NCBI GenBank assembly: GCA_964521285.1
Contig: CAZFQS010000001.1
Location: 62,438 to 126,437, forward strand
DNA: 64,000 nucleotides
Direction of reading: 5' to 3'
From: an uncultured Bacteroidales bacterium
GTDB lineage: Bacteria; Bacteroidota; Bacteroidia; Bacteroidales; UBA10428
In this document: positions 28,600-40,290 of the stretch, in pieces
Layout of the letters: every line of letters begins with the position of its first letter
Position numbering within the stretch: the stretch's first letter is position 1
Notes under the pieces: model-generated
What the model saw: only the letters and a program-made list of their open reading frames with translations
Database searches by the model: none
What the model was told of the DNA's origin: nothing
Program-made: the position numbers and the translations under genes

Positions 28600-29616
28600 C
28601 TATTTACTTGTTAATGTCTCAGGATTTACTATACAAGGGACTCTTTTGTTTTTATAAAATCCGATTATATTTTCAGCTGCTAATTTTGACATTTTGTCCC
28701 TTGTTTCAACTGTCGCAGAACCGATATGAGGTAAGACAGCTACATTTTCCATTGATAATAAAGGATTGTCCGGTTGCATTGGTTCAGGATTTGTTACATC
28801 AAGTCCGGCCCCCCAAATATTTCCATTCCTGAGCGCTTCAGTAAGATCCTGTTCATTATGGACCATTCCCCTTGATGTATTGATAAATATTGCTGACTGC
28901 TTCATTTTATTAAAAGCTGCCTTATTAAATAATCCTTTTGTTTCATTGTTAAGGGTGCAGTGCACTGATATCACATCACTTTGTTTTAATAAATCATCAA
29001 AACCAACAAGTCGTGCATCCAATAATTTCTCTGCTATCTTATTTTGTTTGCGGTTACAATAAATTATTTTCATGTTGTAAGCTCCTTTGCATCGTTTGGC
29101 CATTTCAACACCTATTCTGCCCAGGCCGAATACCCCTAAAGTCTTATTCTTAAGTTCTATCCCAAGATTTGCTGTCGGACGAAAGTAGGTCCACTGTCCT
29201 TTTGATATGGTTTTGTGCAGATAAAACATTTTTCGTGACACAGCAATCATCAATCCAAATGCGACATCAGCAGTGGCTTCACTCAACACATCTGGTGTAA
29301 AACCAACCGGGATACCCAGTCTTGTGGCTTCTGAAATGTCAATATTGTCAAATCCCACTGCATATTGAGAAATAATATCCAGATGCTTACACTCATTTAA
29401 AAAGAACTTATCGATATTTTCTGTCATAGTGCAGAGTAAGGCATTGTTTTTCCTGGCAGCCTCAATCAATTCCTGTTGTGTCATAGGTCTGTCCTTGTTC
29501 CAGGCTGTTACTTTAAACCCTTCTTTCTGCATCAATTCTATCCCTATTTCAGGATAGATTCTTGATACCAGAACTTTAATTTCTTCCGGTCTTTTCCTCA
29601 TATTGTTGTGTATCAT
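28600..29616 (-). CDS. D-isomer-specific 2-hydroxyacid dehydrogenase (glyoxylate/hydroxypyruvate reductase-like)
   Basis: AVGFDNID, TPDVLSEATAD, GVFGLGRIG, FINTSRG, GAGLDVTNPEP, LPHIGSAT. Confidence 0.93.
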   Translation of the reverse strand: MIHNNMRKRPEEIKVLVSRIYPEIGIELMQKEGFKVTAWNKDRPMTQQELIEAARKNNALLCTMTENIDKFFLNECKHLDIISQYAVGFDNIDISEATRLGIPVGFTPDVLSEATADVAFGLMIAVSRKMFYLHKTISKGQWTYFRPTANLGIELKNKTLGVFGLGRIGVEMAKRCKGAYNMKIIYCNRKQNKIAEKLLDARLVGFDDLLKQSDVISVHCTLNNETKGLFNKAAFNKMKQSAIFINTSRGMVHNEQDLTEALRNGNIWGAGLDVTNPEPMQPDNPLLSMENVAVLPHIGSATVETRDKMSKLAAENIIGFYKNKRVPCIVNPETLTSK

Positions 29617-29727
29617 ATGCTATTATAATATAAATCCGCGTATATATCAGGTTACGTCTCTAAAGGATGCGGGGAGTTTACAGTTATGCAAAAATAAATA
29701 TTCAATCAATATATTTTTTGCTGCAGA

Positions 29728-30078
29728 TCAACTTTTGGGTTTGTATCTGTTCTTATCAGCAAAGAAATCTATCAACCGGGATCTGCATTTGAATTCTGCT
29801 GAGTGTATAATGCCATCAGGTATATAGTAATAGTCACCTTTCTTATAAGTATCGGTCTTACCACCAATTGTAAGTTTCATCTCCCCTTCAATTACAATGC
29901 CCCATTGGGGGCCATGGGAATGTTCAGCAACTTTACCAATAGGCTCAATATCAAAAAATACAACCTGGTGATCCTTAGCCTGGGATATCCATCCGTGAAC
30001 ACCTTTAAATGGAATATCAGCTTCAGGTAAATTCCTTATTATTTCAGGATAAACATCATTTAAATTCTTACTTTTCAT
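29728..30078 (-). CDS. Cupin-domain protein
   Basis: EHSHGPQWGIVIEGEMKLTIGG and YYIPDGIIHS cupin motifs. Confidence 0.85.
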   Translation of the reverse strand: MKSKNLNDVYPEIIRNLPEADIPFKGVHGWISQAKDHQVVFFDIEPIGKVAEHSHGPQWGIVIEGEMKLTIGGKTDTYKKGDYYYIPDGIIHSAEFKCRSRLIDFFADKNRYKPKS

Positions 30079-30155
30079 CTTATTTTGATTTTATATTTGC
30101 GGTTTTAATAATGACTTTGGTATGATTAAAGCGGGTTAAATGACAACACTTGTTC

Positions 30156-30605
30156 TCAGATTCGTACTTTTATTACTACTTTTTTAACTTTTAATATTGA
30201 ATCTGTTTTTACTCCGGGCATATGAAGGTCATCAGGAAAGAATATAGCAAACATTCCTCCAGTCATTTCTACAAATGATGTTTCCTCATTGAAAAAGGCA
30301 CAATCCTTACTTTCATCATATTCCTTGGTCGGAATCTGATTTACAAGGGGGGCTACTCCTATCAGCTCGACACCTGAACAAATGTATTGAATATCAATAA
30401 ATTTACGATGTGCTTCAAGTACACAATCACTTACATTTTTTGTTTCGTACTCATTCACTATTGCGAAAATATTATCATTTTCAATTTCATATCTCCCGGG
30501 TTCAATCCTCGAAAAATCTGTTGAATTAATGTATTTAAATGCTTTGGCAATTCGTTTGCCGAGATTTAAATACAGGCCTGAATTTTCAATTTTGTCAATG
30601 ATCAT
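30156..30605 (-). CDS. YhcH/YjgK/YiaL family protein
   Basis: MIIDKI, EAHRKFIDIQY, FAIFFPDDLHMPG, KKVVIKV. Confidence 0.92.
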   Translation of the reverse strand: MIIDKIENSGLYLNLGKRIAKAFKYINSTDFSRIEPGRYEIENDNIFAIVNEYETKNVSDCVLEAHRKFIDIQYICSGVELIGVAPLVNQIPTKEYDESKDCAFFNEETSFVEMTGGMFAIFFPDDLHMPGVKTDSILKVKKVVIKVRI

Positions 30606-30606
30606 T

Positions 30607-31086
30607 TTATTCCCTGTTTATTAATTTTTTTATCTCATCGAGATGTAGCTTAAAATGTTGCAGATAATCGACTACCATAACCTCCAGCGATATTTTCTCA
30701 TTTAACCCGGATATCCATATATTCCCAAGTTTTTCAGTATTTATATTCTGAATCACATGCACAATGTGCAGGTTAGTGTATTTCCATAATTGAACCAGGC
30801 TGTTCCATTCTTTCTCCTGGTAGTTCTGAATGGCTATCCACCTGTCGTTATTGCCAAAATTTGCATAGTCAGGAAAAATCAAAGGACTTTCCTGGTATTG
30901 CAGGTGTATTATTCTATGCGTGTTATTTGAGGCAGAATCCACCATATGCCCTGTAATTTGCTTTATAGTGCGATTTTGACTATTTCGTCGTTCAGTAATA
31001 ACATTAACTGGAAGAGTCAATAATTTTTTTCCCCATTCTTTAATAAGAGTTAATAACTCCTGGCAGATTGACTCAAATTTATTCAT
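30607..31086 (-). CDS. DinB-like domain protein
   Basis: RTIKQITGHMVDSASNN, LWKYTNLHI, DYLQHFKLHL. Confidence 0.8.
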   Translation of the reverse strand: MNKFESICQELLTLIKEWGKKLLTLPVNVITERRNSQNRTIKQITGHMVDSASNNTHRIIHLQYQESPLIFPDYANFGNNDRWIAIQNYQEKEWNSLVQLWKYTNLHIVHVIQNINTEKLGNIWISGLNEKISLEVMVVDYLQHFKLHLDEIKKLINRE

Positions 31087-31196
31087 AGTCTCGCTTTTTA
31101 CTTTTAATTAATTATGTGTTTTCTAATATTGTTGTATTATTAGTGCTGCCAATGACAGTATTTTCATTTATAAATCAATACCAATTTAAACATTTT

Positions 31197-32321
31197 TTAT
31201 ATAACATCCTTTTTAAAAATTCTGTACTTTTTGTATACATTGCCATTCATTCGTTCCAATTCTGCCCTCATTTTAACATTGGTTTCCAGTACAAGGTGAC
31301 TGTCAATATATTTCAATCCGGCTTTGTGAGCTTCCTCAATCATTTTAACACCTATAACCGCGTCAATGCCCAAATTCTTGTAATCATCATGTATCCCTCC
31401 AAGCAACAAGTCCAGTTGCATTGCTTTTTTCCTGTAGTACAATATTTTTAGTATTCCGAACGGAAAAATATGACCCTTGCAGCTTCTGATACCCTGGCTT
31501 ATATCAGGCATTCCAATAATAAAGGCTATAACTTCATTGTCTTTATTTACTACTACCTTGATAAATCTTGGATCTAATATTGAAAAATAACGCCGTGTTA
31601 TATCATCCATCTCTTGCTCATTGAGGGGAGAAAAGGCATATATATCACTGTATACCTGGTTAAGCAGGTTCAGTACCGGCCTGATAAACGGCTTTAACTG
31701 TCTGTGTGATTTAAAATTATGTATATGTATATTGTTATTTTGAATTCCCCGCTCATAAATTTTGTTATAGAAATCAGGTATCTCATCAGGGATAGTTATC
31801 TTGTAAACCAGTAAATCCTCGTGTTTCGTGTAGCCGGCATTTTCAACATGTATTACCTGGTAAGGGTAATTGCAGTTGGTAGCAATGACTATTGGTTCTT
31901 CAAAACCTTCGATAAGCATTCCCTGAGGATCTTTGTCGGAAAAACCCAGGGGGCCCACCAGTCTTTTCATCTTTTTTGAGCTGATCCACTGTTCAACGGC
32001 TTTTAAAAGGGCATGTGCTACATCCTGCTCATCGTATGTTTCAAGTAAACAAAACCTTCCGTCATATTCATTATGAGCTTCATTATATTTATGGTTAATA
32101 ATTCCCATGATCCGGCCAACTGGTTTATTTCCTCTTATTGCCAATAAAAGAATTGTATCGCAATAATTGAAAAAGCGGTTTCTGCGGGGATTGAAATATT
32201 GCCATTCATCAATATATATCGGGGGCACCCAGTTTTTATGAGTTTTATGGATTTTTGCAGGAAGATAGATGAAGTGTTTCAGATGCTTCCTGCTCGTGAC
32301 TTCAATTATTTCAACGGCCAT
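31197..32321 (-). CDS. YghO-like GNAT-fold protein
   Basis: FIYLPAKIH..WVPP, GRIMG, DGRFCLLE, GPLGFSDKDPQG, NYPY, HLVLETN. Confidence 0.75.
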   Translation of the reverse strand: MAVEIIEVTSRKHLKHFIYLPAKIHKTHKNWVPPIYIDEWQYFNPRRNRFFNYCDTILLLAIRGNKPVGRIMGIINHKYNEAHNEYDGRFCLLETYDEQDVAHALLKAVEQWISSKKMKRLVGPLGFSDKDPQGMLIEGFEEPIVIATNCNYPYQVIHVENAGYTKHEDLLVYKITIPDEIPDFYNKIYERGIQNNNIHIHNFKSHRQLKPFIRPVLNLLNQVYSDIYAFSPLNEQEMDDITRRYFSILDPRFIKVVVNKDNEVIAFIIGMPDISQGIRSCKGHIFPFGILKILYYRKKAMQLDLLLGGIHDDYKNLGIDAVIGVKMIEEAHKAGLKYIDSHLVLETNVKMRAELERMNGNVYKKYRIFKKDVI

Positions 32322-32355
32322 TTTTTAAACTGAGTGTTCTAAAATTAAGAATATT

Positions 32356-35001
32356 TTACCATTCAAGAGTCATCTGCTGGCCATTCAAATTTTTATCTTC
32401 AATATTCTTTATATCTGGCGTTTCTTCCTTTATCTTTTCCTCTTCCTGTTCAGCCTTTGTCATTACAGGTTCGAGTTCTTTTACTACAGCAACTTCGTAA
32501 TTCGATAAGCGTTTGCCCTTGGCTTTATAACTCTTGACGCCTATGAACTTCGCTACCTCTATTATTTCATTGTTCCTGTGACTTTGGTCCCCGCCGAACT
32601 TCAACTCAAACCTCGGATATTCAACTTCAGTTATTCTTATCAGTCTTGATTCAGGATTATCACCAATAAAACTTACCGGTTTTTCTGTATTTTCTATTGT
32701 AAAACGTTTTACATAATAATACTTGAGTGTTGCATCAAAATATACTGCTGAAAATATTTTATCGGGATTATACTTCTCAATTATCAGCAAGTCATCCTCA
32801 AAATGGTTTGACAAGTCAAATGATGATAATCTGAATTTGCCTGACTTTGTAATTACCATTAACCTGTCATCACCCTTAAATTCTCCAAGCAGGTTACCTC
32901 TTCCGTCAGCATTGAGCCGGTTTACATCGGCGTCAAACCATACCTTCCTCCCTCCCAGTGTTGAAAGTCCTTTTTCTTTTAATACAATTTTGCTTACGGC
33001 ATACTTAGTGAGGATATTTCCCATCGAACTTCTACCTTTTATGGCGAGCTCCCCAAAGTCAGTTTCCAAAATCAAATTTCTTAGTCTGGGCCTGGGCTTT
33101 AAATGAACCCTGACAGTTTCGGCCTCACCATTAGGATTGGCACTTAAGTACAATATTCTTGAGCCGTCCTTTCCCTTTGTTAAATCGTACTCATTATCCC
33201 TTATTAATCCTGTAATGGCACATCTTTTCATCATTATATTGCCATTTTTCCCGTCTCTGTAAATTATATTAAAAATTGTCCTTGTATCATTCTTCTTAAA
33301 TACCCCTGCATAAAAAATGTCTTTTCCTACAAAAGTCTTCTCAGAAACTTTTGTTATCAGGTATTTTCCATCCCTGCGAATTACCAGAATGTCGTCAATA
33401 TCTGAACACTCCCCAATAAATTCATCTTTTCTCAGGGATGTGCCGAGAAATCCCTCTTCCCTGTTGATGTACAGTCTCTCGTTGGCAACAACTACCTTGG
33501 AAGCTATTATAGTATCAAAATTTTTAATCTCTGTTCTTCTTTCCCTTCCTTTTCCGTATTTTTTCTTTATCTGCCTGTAATAGTTAATTGTATATGGAAT
33601 TATATTTTCCAGATGATTCTTTACTTCGTCAATATTTGTCTCAATTTCCTTGATATAGTCATCAGCCTTTAAAGAACTGTATTTTGATATGCGTTTAATA
33701 GGTATATTAGACAAACGTATTAAATCATCCCTTGTCACTTCCCTTAAGAGCTTCTTTTTAAAAGGTTCAAATCCCTTATCGATAGTTTCCAGTATTTCTT
33801 CCTCGGTTTTACATTTTTTTATATCCTCGTAAAGTTCATTTTCTATAAATATTTTTTCCAGACTTGCTATATGCCATGCATCCTCAAGTTCTTCGAGTCT
33901 TATCTGCAGCTCTTTTTTAAGCAGATCGACTGTTCTTTGGGCTGATATTTTCAATATTTCTGAAACTCCCAAAAAAACGGGCTTGTCATCTTTAATAATA
34001 CAGGAATTGGGAGAAACGGGTATTTCACAATCCGTAAAGGCATAGAGAGCATCAATAGTCTTGTCCGGAGATATTCCCGGGGCAAGGCTTATCAGTATTT
34101 CTACATTTTCTGCAGTATTATCATCAATCTTTTTAATTTTTATTTTTCCCTTCTCATTGGCCTTTATTATTGACTCAATTAATGTGGGAGTAGTTCGGCC
34201 ATATGGCACCTCGGTAATTAATAATGTCTTCTTATCCAGTTTCCTTATCCTGGCTCTGATTTTTATCAACCCTCCGCGTAAGCCGTCATTATATCTTGAG
34301 AAATCTGCCAGTCCTCCGGTCGGAAAATCAGGATATAATTCAAACCCTTTACCTTGCAGGTGTGCTATAGATGCGTCAATAAGCTCAATAAAATTGTGCG
34401 GTAATATTTTTGATGCCAGTCCGACTGCTATTCCTTCTACTCCCAGGGCCAGCAACATAGGAAATTTCACAGGCAGGGTAATAGGCTCTTTATTTCTTCC
34501 GTCATACGAGGCTTTCCAGACTGTCGTTTTCGGATTAAATACAACATCCAGGGCAAATTTTGATAACCTTGCTTCAATATACCTTGGAGCTGCTGCCCCA
34601 TCACCTGTAAGCACATTACCCCAGTTACCCTGTGTGTCTATTAATAAATCTTTTTGTCCCAGCTGAACCAGGGCATCCCCAATAGATGCGTCTCCATGGG
34701 GATGAAACTGCATTGTATGACCTATAATATTGGCAACTTTATTGAACCTGCCATCATCCAGCCTTTTCATTGAATGCAGGATCCTCCGCTGGACAGGTTT
34801 AAACCCATCATCGAGGTGGGGCACTGCACGTTCAAGGATTACATATGATGCATAATCAAGAAACCAGTCCTTGTACATGCCAGACAACCTGGTAACATTG
34901 GTGTAAGCTTGAGATTGCGTACCCGAACTATCATCCAGCTCTAGTATATCATCATCTAAATTCTGTTGGTCCTTATTGTTTTCCTGGTTTTCCTGGTTCA
35001 T
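32356..35001 (-). CDS. parC: DNA topoisomerase IV subunit A (Bacteroidota type)
   Basis: YASYVILERAVP, DGFKPVQRR, HPHGDASI, AAPRYIE (catalytic Tyr). Paired with the B subunit. Confidence 0.9.
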   Translation of the reverse strand: MNQENQENNKDQQNLDDDILELDDSSGTQSQAYTNVTRLSGMYKDWFLDYASYVILERAVPHLDDGFKPVQRRILHSMKRLDDGRFNKVANIIGHTMQFHPHGDASIGDALVQLGQKDLLIDTQGNWGNVLTGDGAAAPRYIEARLSKFALDVVFNPKTTVWKASYDGRNKEPITLPVKFPMLLALGVEGIAVGLASKILPHNFIELIDASIAHLQGKGFELYPDFPTGGLADFSRYNDGLRGGLIKIRARIRKLDKKTLLITEVPYGRTTPTLIESIIKANEKGKIKIKKIDDNTAENVEILISLAPGISPDKTIDALYAFTDCEIPVSPNSCIIKDDKPVFLGVSEILKISAQRTVDLLKKELQIRLEELEDAWHIASLEKIFIENELYEDIKKCKTEEEILETIDKGFEPFKKKLLREVTRDDLIRLSNIPIKRISKYSSLKADDYIKEIETNIDEVKNHLENIIPYTINYYRQIKKKYGKGRERRTEIKNFDTIIASKVVVANERLYINREEGFLGTSLRKDEFIGECSDIDDILVIRRDGKYLITKVSEKTFVGKDIFYAGVFKKNDTRTIFNIIYRDGKNGNIMMKRCAITGLIRDNEYDLTKGKDGSRILYLSANPNGEAETVRVHLKPRPRLRNLILETDFGELAIKGRSSMGNILTKYAVSKIVLKEKGLSTLGGRKVWFDADVNRLNADGRGNLLGEFKGDDRLMVITKSGKFRLSSFDLSNHFEDDLLIIEKYNPDKIFSAVYFDATLKYYYVKRFTIENTEKPVSFIGDNPESRLIRITEVEYPRFELKFGGDQSHRNNEIIEVAKFIGVKSYKAKGKRLSNYEVAVVKELEPVMTKAEQEEEKIKEETPDIKNIEDKNLNGQQMTLEW

Positions 35002-35039
35002 AATAAAGTTAAACTTTTCAAGCTGTTGATTAAAAATAT

Positions 35040-36881
35040 TTATATTTCAACCAAATCCTCTTCGATGCGGAGATTATCTATAATAAATTCCTGGCGCTCG
35101 GGAGTGTTTTTACCCATATAAAAAGGTAAAATCTCTGAAACCGTATCATCTTTCTTTAACCTTACAGGATCCAGTCTCATATCCTTACCTATGAAGTGTT
35201 TAAACTCATCAGGTGATATTTCCCCCAGCCCCTTAAATCTGGTAATTTCAGGATTCGTTCCTAATTTTTCCACTGCCAGATCCTTTTCTTCCTGAGAATA
35301 GCAATATATTGTTTCTTTTTTGTTTCTTACCCTGAAAAGTGGTGTCTGAAGAATATAGAGATGCCCTTTTCTGACCAGGTCAGGGAAAAACTGTACAAAA
35401 AAGGTTATCAGAAGAAGCCGTATGTGCATGCCATCAACATCAGCGTCTGTAGCTATTACAACATTATGATATCTCAGGTTTTCAAGGTCATCTTCAATAT
35501 CTAATGCGGCTTGTAATAAGTTAAATTCTTCATTTTCGTATACTATCTTTTTTGTCAGCCCATAAGTATTTAATGGTTTGCCTTTAAGGCTGAAAACGGC
35601 CTGCGTATTAACATCCCTTGATTTTGTAATGGAACCGCTTGCTGAATCGCCTTCGGTAATAAATATTGTTGTTTCAAACCTCCTCTCATCGTTTGAGTTG
35701 TAATGAATTTTGCAGTCTCTCAGTTTTCTGTTATGAAGACTTGCCTTCTTGGCTCTTTCTCGTGCGATCTTTTTTATGCTCGAGATAGCTTTCCGCTCCT
35801 TTTCTGACTCTATAATTTTCCTTAAAATGACGTCAGCAGTTTCCGGATTCTTATGAAGATAATTATCAAGTTTGGTCTTGATAAAATCTCCAATAAAATT
35901 ACGGATTGATGGCCCGTTTGGCCCTATGTCCCTGGAGCCCAGCTTGGTTTTAGTCTGCGATTCAAAAACAGGCTCCTCAACCTTTATGCTTAGAGCGGCA
36001 ATTATTGAAGCCCTTATATCCGAGGGCTCAAAATCTTTTCTGTAAAAGTCGCGAATTGTCTTTACCAGGGCTTCCCTGAAGGCATTAAGGTGTGTTCCTC
36101 CCTGGATGGTGTTCTGACCATTTACAAAAGTGTAATATGTTTCTCCGTACTGGTTACCATGAGTTATAGCAATCTCAATATCAGTATCTTTAAGATGAAT
36201 TACAGGATATAAAATTTCAGAGTTTATATTCTCATTAAGAAGATCCAGCAAACCGTTTTTGGAACAGTATGATACTCCGTTGAGTTTTATGGTTAGGCCG
36301 CTATTCAGATACACATAGTTCTTAATCAATGATTCCACATAATCATCTATGAATCTGAATGTACCAAACATTTTTATATCAGGCACAAATGAAACAAGGG
36401 TCCCGTTCTTTGATTCGGTCTTATGTTCTTTTTGATCATCAGTCAGGTTACCCTCCTCAAAGCCCACAGCCTTTATAACCCCTTCACGAAATGACTTGAT
36501 GATAAATTTTGAGGATAGAGCATTTACTGCTTTAATACCTACTCCATTTAATCCGACAGATTTCTTAAAAACCTTTGAATCATATTTTGCACCTGTATTC
36601 ATTTTGGAAGCTACGTCCTTTACCTTACCAAGGGGTATACCTCTTCCGTAGTCCCTTATTTTTACTATATTTTCATTGATGACAATGTCTATCACCTTTC
36701 CGAAACCCATCATGTATTCATCAACGGAGTTGTCCAGGACTTCTTTAATCAGTACATATATACCGTCGTCCTGTGAGGAACCGTCCCCCAGTTTACCAAT
36801 ATACATCCCCGGCCGCTTACGTATATGTTCTCTCCAGTCAAGTGTGCGAATCGTCTCTTCTGAATATGCTGATGCGTTCAT
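35040..36881 (-). CDS. parE: DNA topoisomerase IV subunit B
   Basis: [55 protein letters not shown]. Confidence 0.92.
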   Translation of the reverse strand: MNASAYSEETIRTLDWREHIRKRPGMYIGKLGDGSSQDDGIYVLIKEVLDNSVDEYMMGFGKVIDIVINENIVKIRDYGRGIPLGKVKDVASKMNTGAKYDSKVFKKSVGLNGVGIKAVNALSSKFIIKSFREGVIKAVGFEEGNLTDDQKEHKTESKNGTLVSFVPDIKMFGTFRFIDDYVESLIKNYVYLNSGLTIKLNGVSYCSKNGLLDLLNENINSEILYPVIHLKDTDIEIAITHGNQYGETYYTFVNGQNTIQGGTHLNAFREALVKTIRDFYRKDFEPSDIRASIIAALSIKVEEPVFESQTKTKLGSRDIGPNGPSIRNFIGDFIKTKLDNYLHKNPETADVILRKIIESEKERKAISSIKKIARERAKKASLHNRKLRDCKIHYNSNDERRFETTIFITEGDSASGSITKSRDVNTQAVFSLKGKPLNTYGLTKKIVYENEEFNLLQAALDIEDDLENLRYHNVVIATDADVDGMHIRLLLITFFVQFFPDLVRKGHLYILQTPLFRVRNKKETIYCYSQEEKDLAVEKLGTNPEITRFKGLGEISPDEFKHFIGKDMRLDPVRLKKDDTVSEILPFYMGKNTPERQEFIIDNLRIEEDLVEI

Positions 36882-36898
36882 AATCTAATCATTTGCCG

Positions 36899-36906
36899 CA
36901 AATATA
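36899..36906 (-). promoter_or_regulatory. Candidate -7 promoter element (TATATTTG) for parE-parC
   Basis: Matches TAnnTTTG just upstream of the parE ATG. Confidence 0.55.
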
Positions 36907-37062
36907 TAGAAAAGTTAATATGACAGGGAATTTCTTTATTAACAACAGGAAGGATAACAGCGTTGTTAACAATTTTATTTAATATTTGGAAATCATTCGT
37001 TTAGATAACGATTTTTCGTTAATAGGTAAAAAGTAATTGTTGAAAAATTTTGTTCTGCAGGA

Positions 37063-37118
37063 CAACAGAGTAATTCAACAACAGAGCAATACAACAATAG
37101 AGTAATAGAACAATAGAA
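37063..37118. repeat. Tandem octamer array 1 (7 units, consensus YAATAGAR)
   Basis: CAACAGAG TAATTCAA CAACAGAG CAATACAA CAATAGAG TAATAGAA CAATAGAA. Confidence 0.85.
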
Positions 37119-37126
37119 TATTAATT

Positions 37127-37483
37127 CTATTTTGCCAGAATACTGGCGTAAGTCAATGATGCGCCAAGAAGTCCGAGATCTCTTAAAAGAATAGACATCG
37201 CCATTTGATCACCACCGACAACTAGTGGTATATGTATGGTAGCAATAATAATCAACAGCAACAAAGCTAACAGTAAGCAGGCTATTTTTGCCTGTATTTT
37301 AGTTATAATACTCACTCCTGCCAATATAAAGGCAAGACCGGAAATGTAAACAATAGCTTCGGCAATAGGCCAGTTAGTTAATATATCACTGGCCATGTCT
37401 TCTGCATTCATAAAATGCATTACACCAAAAACAATAAAGGGTATTGCAAAAATAAATCTGCCTAAAGAACCTAATGTTTTCAT
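37127..37483 (-). CDS. DoxX-family small membrane protein
   Basis: LGRFIFAIPFIVFGVMHF, four hydrophobic segments, LLRDLGLLGASL. Confidence 0.8.
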   Translation of the reverse strand: MKTLGSLGRFIFAIPFIVFGVMHFMNAEDMASDILTNWPIAEAIVYISGLAFILAGVSIITKIQAKIACLLLALLLLIIIATIHIPLVVGGDQMAMSILLRDLGLLGASLTYASILAK

Positions 37484-37564
37484 GGATTTAATTTTTTTAA
37501 GTTTAAAATCAAATATATGATATAAGTCATAAATAAGTCAAATTTGAAATAAGAAATAAATTCA

Positions 37565-39289
37565 TTATTTAATCCAATGTTTTATTTCATCAATAGCAGG
37601 ATTTTTTAGCCCTAACTTATTTTTCTTGTTGTAACCGCAAAGTTCCTGGTGTAATTTGCCTGGATTTTCAACCTCTTTGAGTTTGGCTATAGCGGTGAAA
37701 CCTATAGTCTTCAGTGGCTCTACCCATTGCTTGGGGACACCTAATTCGATATATTTCTCATCCGGATCGATCTGCTCCTTTTTTTCAGGTCTCATTTGCG
37801 GAAAAAATAATACATCCTGTATACTTGGCTGGTTGGTCATAAACATAGCAAGGCGGTCAATTCCCAGGCCCATGCCCGAAGTTGGGGGCATACCGTATTC
37901 CAGTGCTCTCAGGAAATCCTGGTCAATAAACATTGCCTCATCATCTCCTTTTTCTGAAAGCTTAAGCTGTTCCTGGAAGCGCTCTCTCTGATCCAGGGGA
38001 TCATTTAATTCGGAATAAGCATTACACAGTTCCTTACCGTTAACTATTAACTCAAACCTTTCAGTTAGCTGAGGATTAGTGCGGTGCTTCTTACAAAGCG
38101 GAGACATCTCAACAGGGTAGTCCATAACAAAAGTAGGCTGAATAAGATGTGGTTCACACTTTTCATCGAAAATCCGCTCCGTCAGTTTTCCTTTGCCCAT
38201 AGTTTCATCTGTTTCAATCCCTAAATCATCACATGCTTCACGTAACTGCTGTTCATCCATCCCTCTAATATCAACTCCTGTATATTCCTTAACAGTATCC
38301 AGCATTGACTTGCGTATAAAAGGTCTCTTAAAGTCAAGTTCCACATTTCCATATTTAAATTTTGTAGTTCCATTAATATCCAGGGCTACCTTCTCAATCA
38401 TTTCTTCTGTAAAATCCATCATCCATATATAGTCCTTATATGCAACGTATATTTCCATTACCGTGAACTCAGGATTGTGCATACGATCCATACCTTCATT
38501 CCTGAAGTCCTTTGAGAATTCATATACCCCATCAAAACCACCAACAATTAACTTCTTAAGGTATAGCTCATTCGCTATTCTTAAATACAGGGGTATATCC
38601 AGTGCATTGTGATGAGTTATAAATGGTCTGGCAGCAGCACCCCCTGGTATAAGCTGTAATATTGGAGTTTCAACTTCAAGGTATCCCCTGGAATTAAAAA
38701 ATTCTCTAAGTGAATCTATAATTCCGGTTCGTTTTACAAATACCTGTTTCACCCTTGGATTTACAACTAAATCGACATACCGCTGGCGATACCTGAATTC
38801 AGCATCAGTAACCTCATCATATATTTTTCCATCCTTCTCTTTAACAATTGGCAATGGCCTTAAACATTTACTTAAGACAGTCATTTCCCTTGTATGAACT
38901 GTTATCTCTCCTGTCTGCGTTTTAAAAACAAAACCCTTAATTCCTATAAAATCCCCTATATCCAGTAACTTTTTAAATATTGTATTGTATAGTGTCTTGT
39001 CATCTCCCGGGCATAAATCATCCCGCCGCAAATATATCTGTATCCTTCCTTTATTATCCTGAATCTCTGCAAAAGATGCGTTACCCATAATCCTCCTGCT
39101 CATAATTCTTCCTGCAAGAGATACATCCTGGTAGTTATTCTTTTCAGGTTTATAATTTTCCTTTATTTCGTATGTACTCACATTTGTAATATACCCGGCT
39201 GCAGGATAGGGATCGATTCCGGCCTTTCTCAACTCTTCAAGTGCCTTTCTTCTGAATTGCTCCTGTTCGCTTAATTCCAATTGACTCAT
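37565..39289 (-). CDS. lysS: Lysyl-tRNA synthetase (class II) with the Bacteroidales C-terminal extension
   Basis: [60 protein letters not shown]. Confidence 0.98.
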   Translation of the reverse strand: MSQLELSEQEQFRRKALEELRKAGIDPYPAAGYITNVSTYEIKENYKPEKNNYQDVSLAGRIMSRRIMGNASFAEIQDNKGRIQIYLRRDDLCPGDDKTLYNTIFKKLLDIGDFIGIKGFVFKTQTGEITVHTREMTVLSKCLRPLPIVKEKDGKIYDEVTDAEFRYRQRYVDLVVNPRVKQVFVKRTGIIDSLREFFNSRGYLEVETPILQLIPGGAAARPFITHHNALDIPLYLRIANELYLKKLIVGGFDGVYEFSKDFRNEGMDRMHNPEFTVMEIYVAYKDYIWMMDFTEEMIEKVALDINGTTKFKYGNVELDFKRPFIRKSMLDTVKEYTGVDIRGMDEQQLREACDDLGIETDETMGKGKLTERIFDEKCEPHLIQPTFVMDYPVEMSPLCKKHRTNPQLTERFELIVNGKELCNAYSELNDPLDQRERFQEQLKLSEKGDDEAMFIDQDFLRALEYGMPPTSGMGLGIDRLAMFMTNQPSIQDVLFFPQMRPEKKEQIDPDEKYIELGVPKQWVEPLKTIGFTAIAKLKEVENPGKLHQELCGYNKKNKLGLKNPAIDEIKHWIK

Positions 39290-39313
39290 TTATAAAGCTT
39301 TTTAAAACTTGTG

Positions 39314-39372
39314 CAAATATAATTTAACATAAGTAAGTAGCCCAAAATTTTTTTAATTATATACTAACTTTG
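39314..39372. promoter_or_regulatory. Divergent -7 elements for lysS (TATATTTG, minus strand, 39314-39321) and lipA (TAACTTTG, plus strand, 39365-39372)
   Basis: Two TAnnTTTG matches, each oriented toward its flanking gene. Confidence 0.55.
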
Positions 39373-39393
39373 TAAAACAAATAAGTTAGTAAA

Positions 39394-40272
39394 GTGAATA
39401 AATCAGGTAGTACAAAAAAAAGGCTTCCTCCCTGGATGAAAGTTCATATGCCACATGGTGTGAATTACTCCAGGGTAAAGAATCTGACAGTAAGTAAAAA
39501 ACTTAATACAATCTGTGTTAGTGGTAATTGTCCGAATAAAGCAGAATGCTGGAGTGCTGGTACTGCTACTTTTATGATTCTTGGAAATAAATGTACAAGA
39601 AACTGCAAATTCTGTCAGGTTAATACTATGAGGCCTGAACCGGTGGACATGGATGAACCAAATAGGCTTGCAGAGACTATCGGGCTACTTGGATTAAAAC
39701 ATTGTGTTATAACTTCAGTAGCAAGGGATGATTTACCTGACGGGGGATCCGGATTCTGGGCAGAGACAATCAGGACCATTAAGAGATTGAATCCGGATAT
39801 TTCAATGGAAGCACTTATTCCTGACTTCAAAAGAGGCACTAAGGCACTGGATCTGATAATTAAGGAAAAACCTGAAGTAATATCCCACAATCTGGAAACT
39901 GTTAGAAGACTTACTCCAAAAGTCAGATCCGTATCTACATATGACAGCAGCCTTGAGTTATTAGAATATACTGCATCTTCAGGAATTGTTGCCAAGTCAG
40001 GTATTATGGCAGGTCTGGGTGAAACAGAGGAAGAAGTTATGGAAACCATGGATGACCTTCTTACCGTTGGTGTTAAGGTATTTGTAATCGGACAGTACCT
40101 TCAGCCTTCAGAAAAGCATATTCAGGTAGAAGAATATATCAGACCTGAGATTTTTGAAAGGTTCAGGGAAACCGGACTGAAAAAAGGATTTGCATATGTT
40201 GAAAGTGGCCCCCAGGTAAGATCATCATACCATGCGGAAAGACACGTGAATATTAATACAGTACAAGAATAA
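39394..40272 (+). CDS. lipA: Lipoyl synthase
   Basis: CVSGNCPNKAEC, CTRNCKFC, HNLETV, KSGIMAGLGE, GQYLQPS, RSSYHA. Confidence 0.97.
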   Translation: MNKSGSTKKRLPPWMKVHMPHGVNYSRVKNLTVSKKLNTICVSGNCPNKAECWSAGTATFMILGNKCTRNCKFCQVNTMRPEPVDMDEPNRLAETIGLLGLKHCVITSVARDDLPDGGSGFWAETIRTIKRLNPDISMEALIPDFKRGTKALDLIIKEKPEVISHNLETVRRLTPKVRSVSTYDSSLELLEYTASSGIVAKSGIMAGLGETEEEVMETMDDLLTVGVKVFVIGQYLQPSEKHIQVEEYIRPEIFERFRETGLKKGFAYVESGPQVRSSYHAERHVNINTVQE

Positions 40273-40290
40273 AATTTATTAAAGGGAAAA

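Noticed and set aside
37063-37118. Octamer arrays as a CRISPR array
   Set aside because: The units are 8 bp, contiguous and degenerate, with no unique spacers, and there are no cas genes in the window.
37565-37760. C-terminal extension of LysS
   Set aside because: This is a known feature of Bacteroidales LysS.
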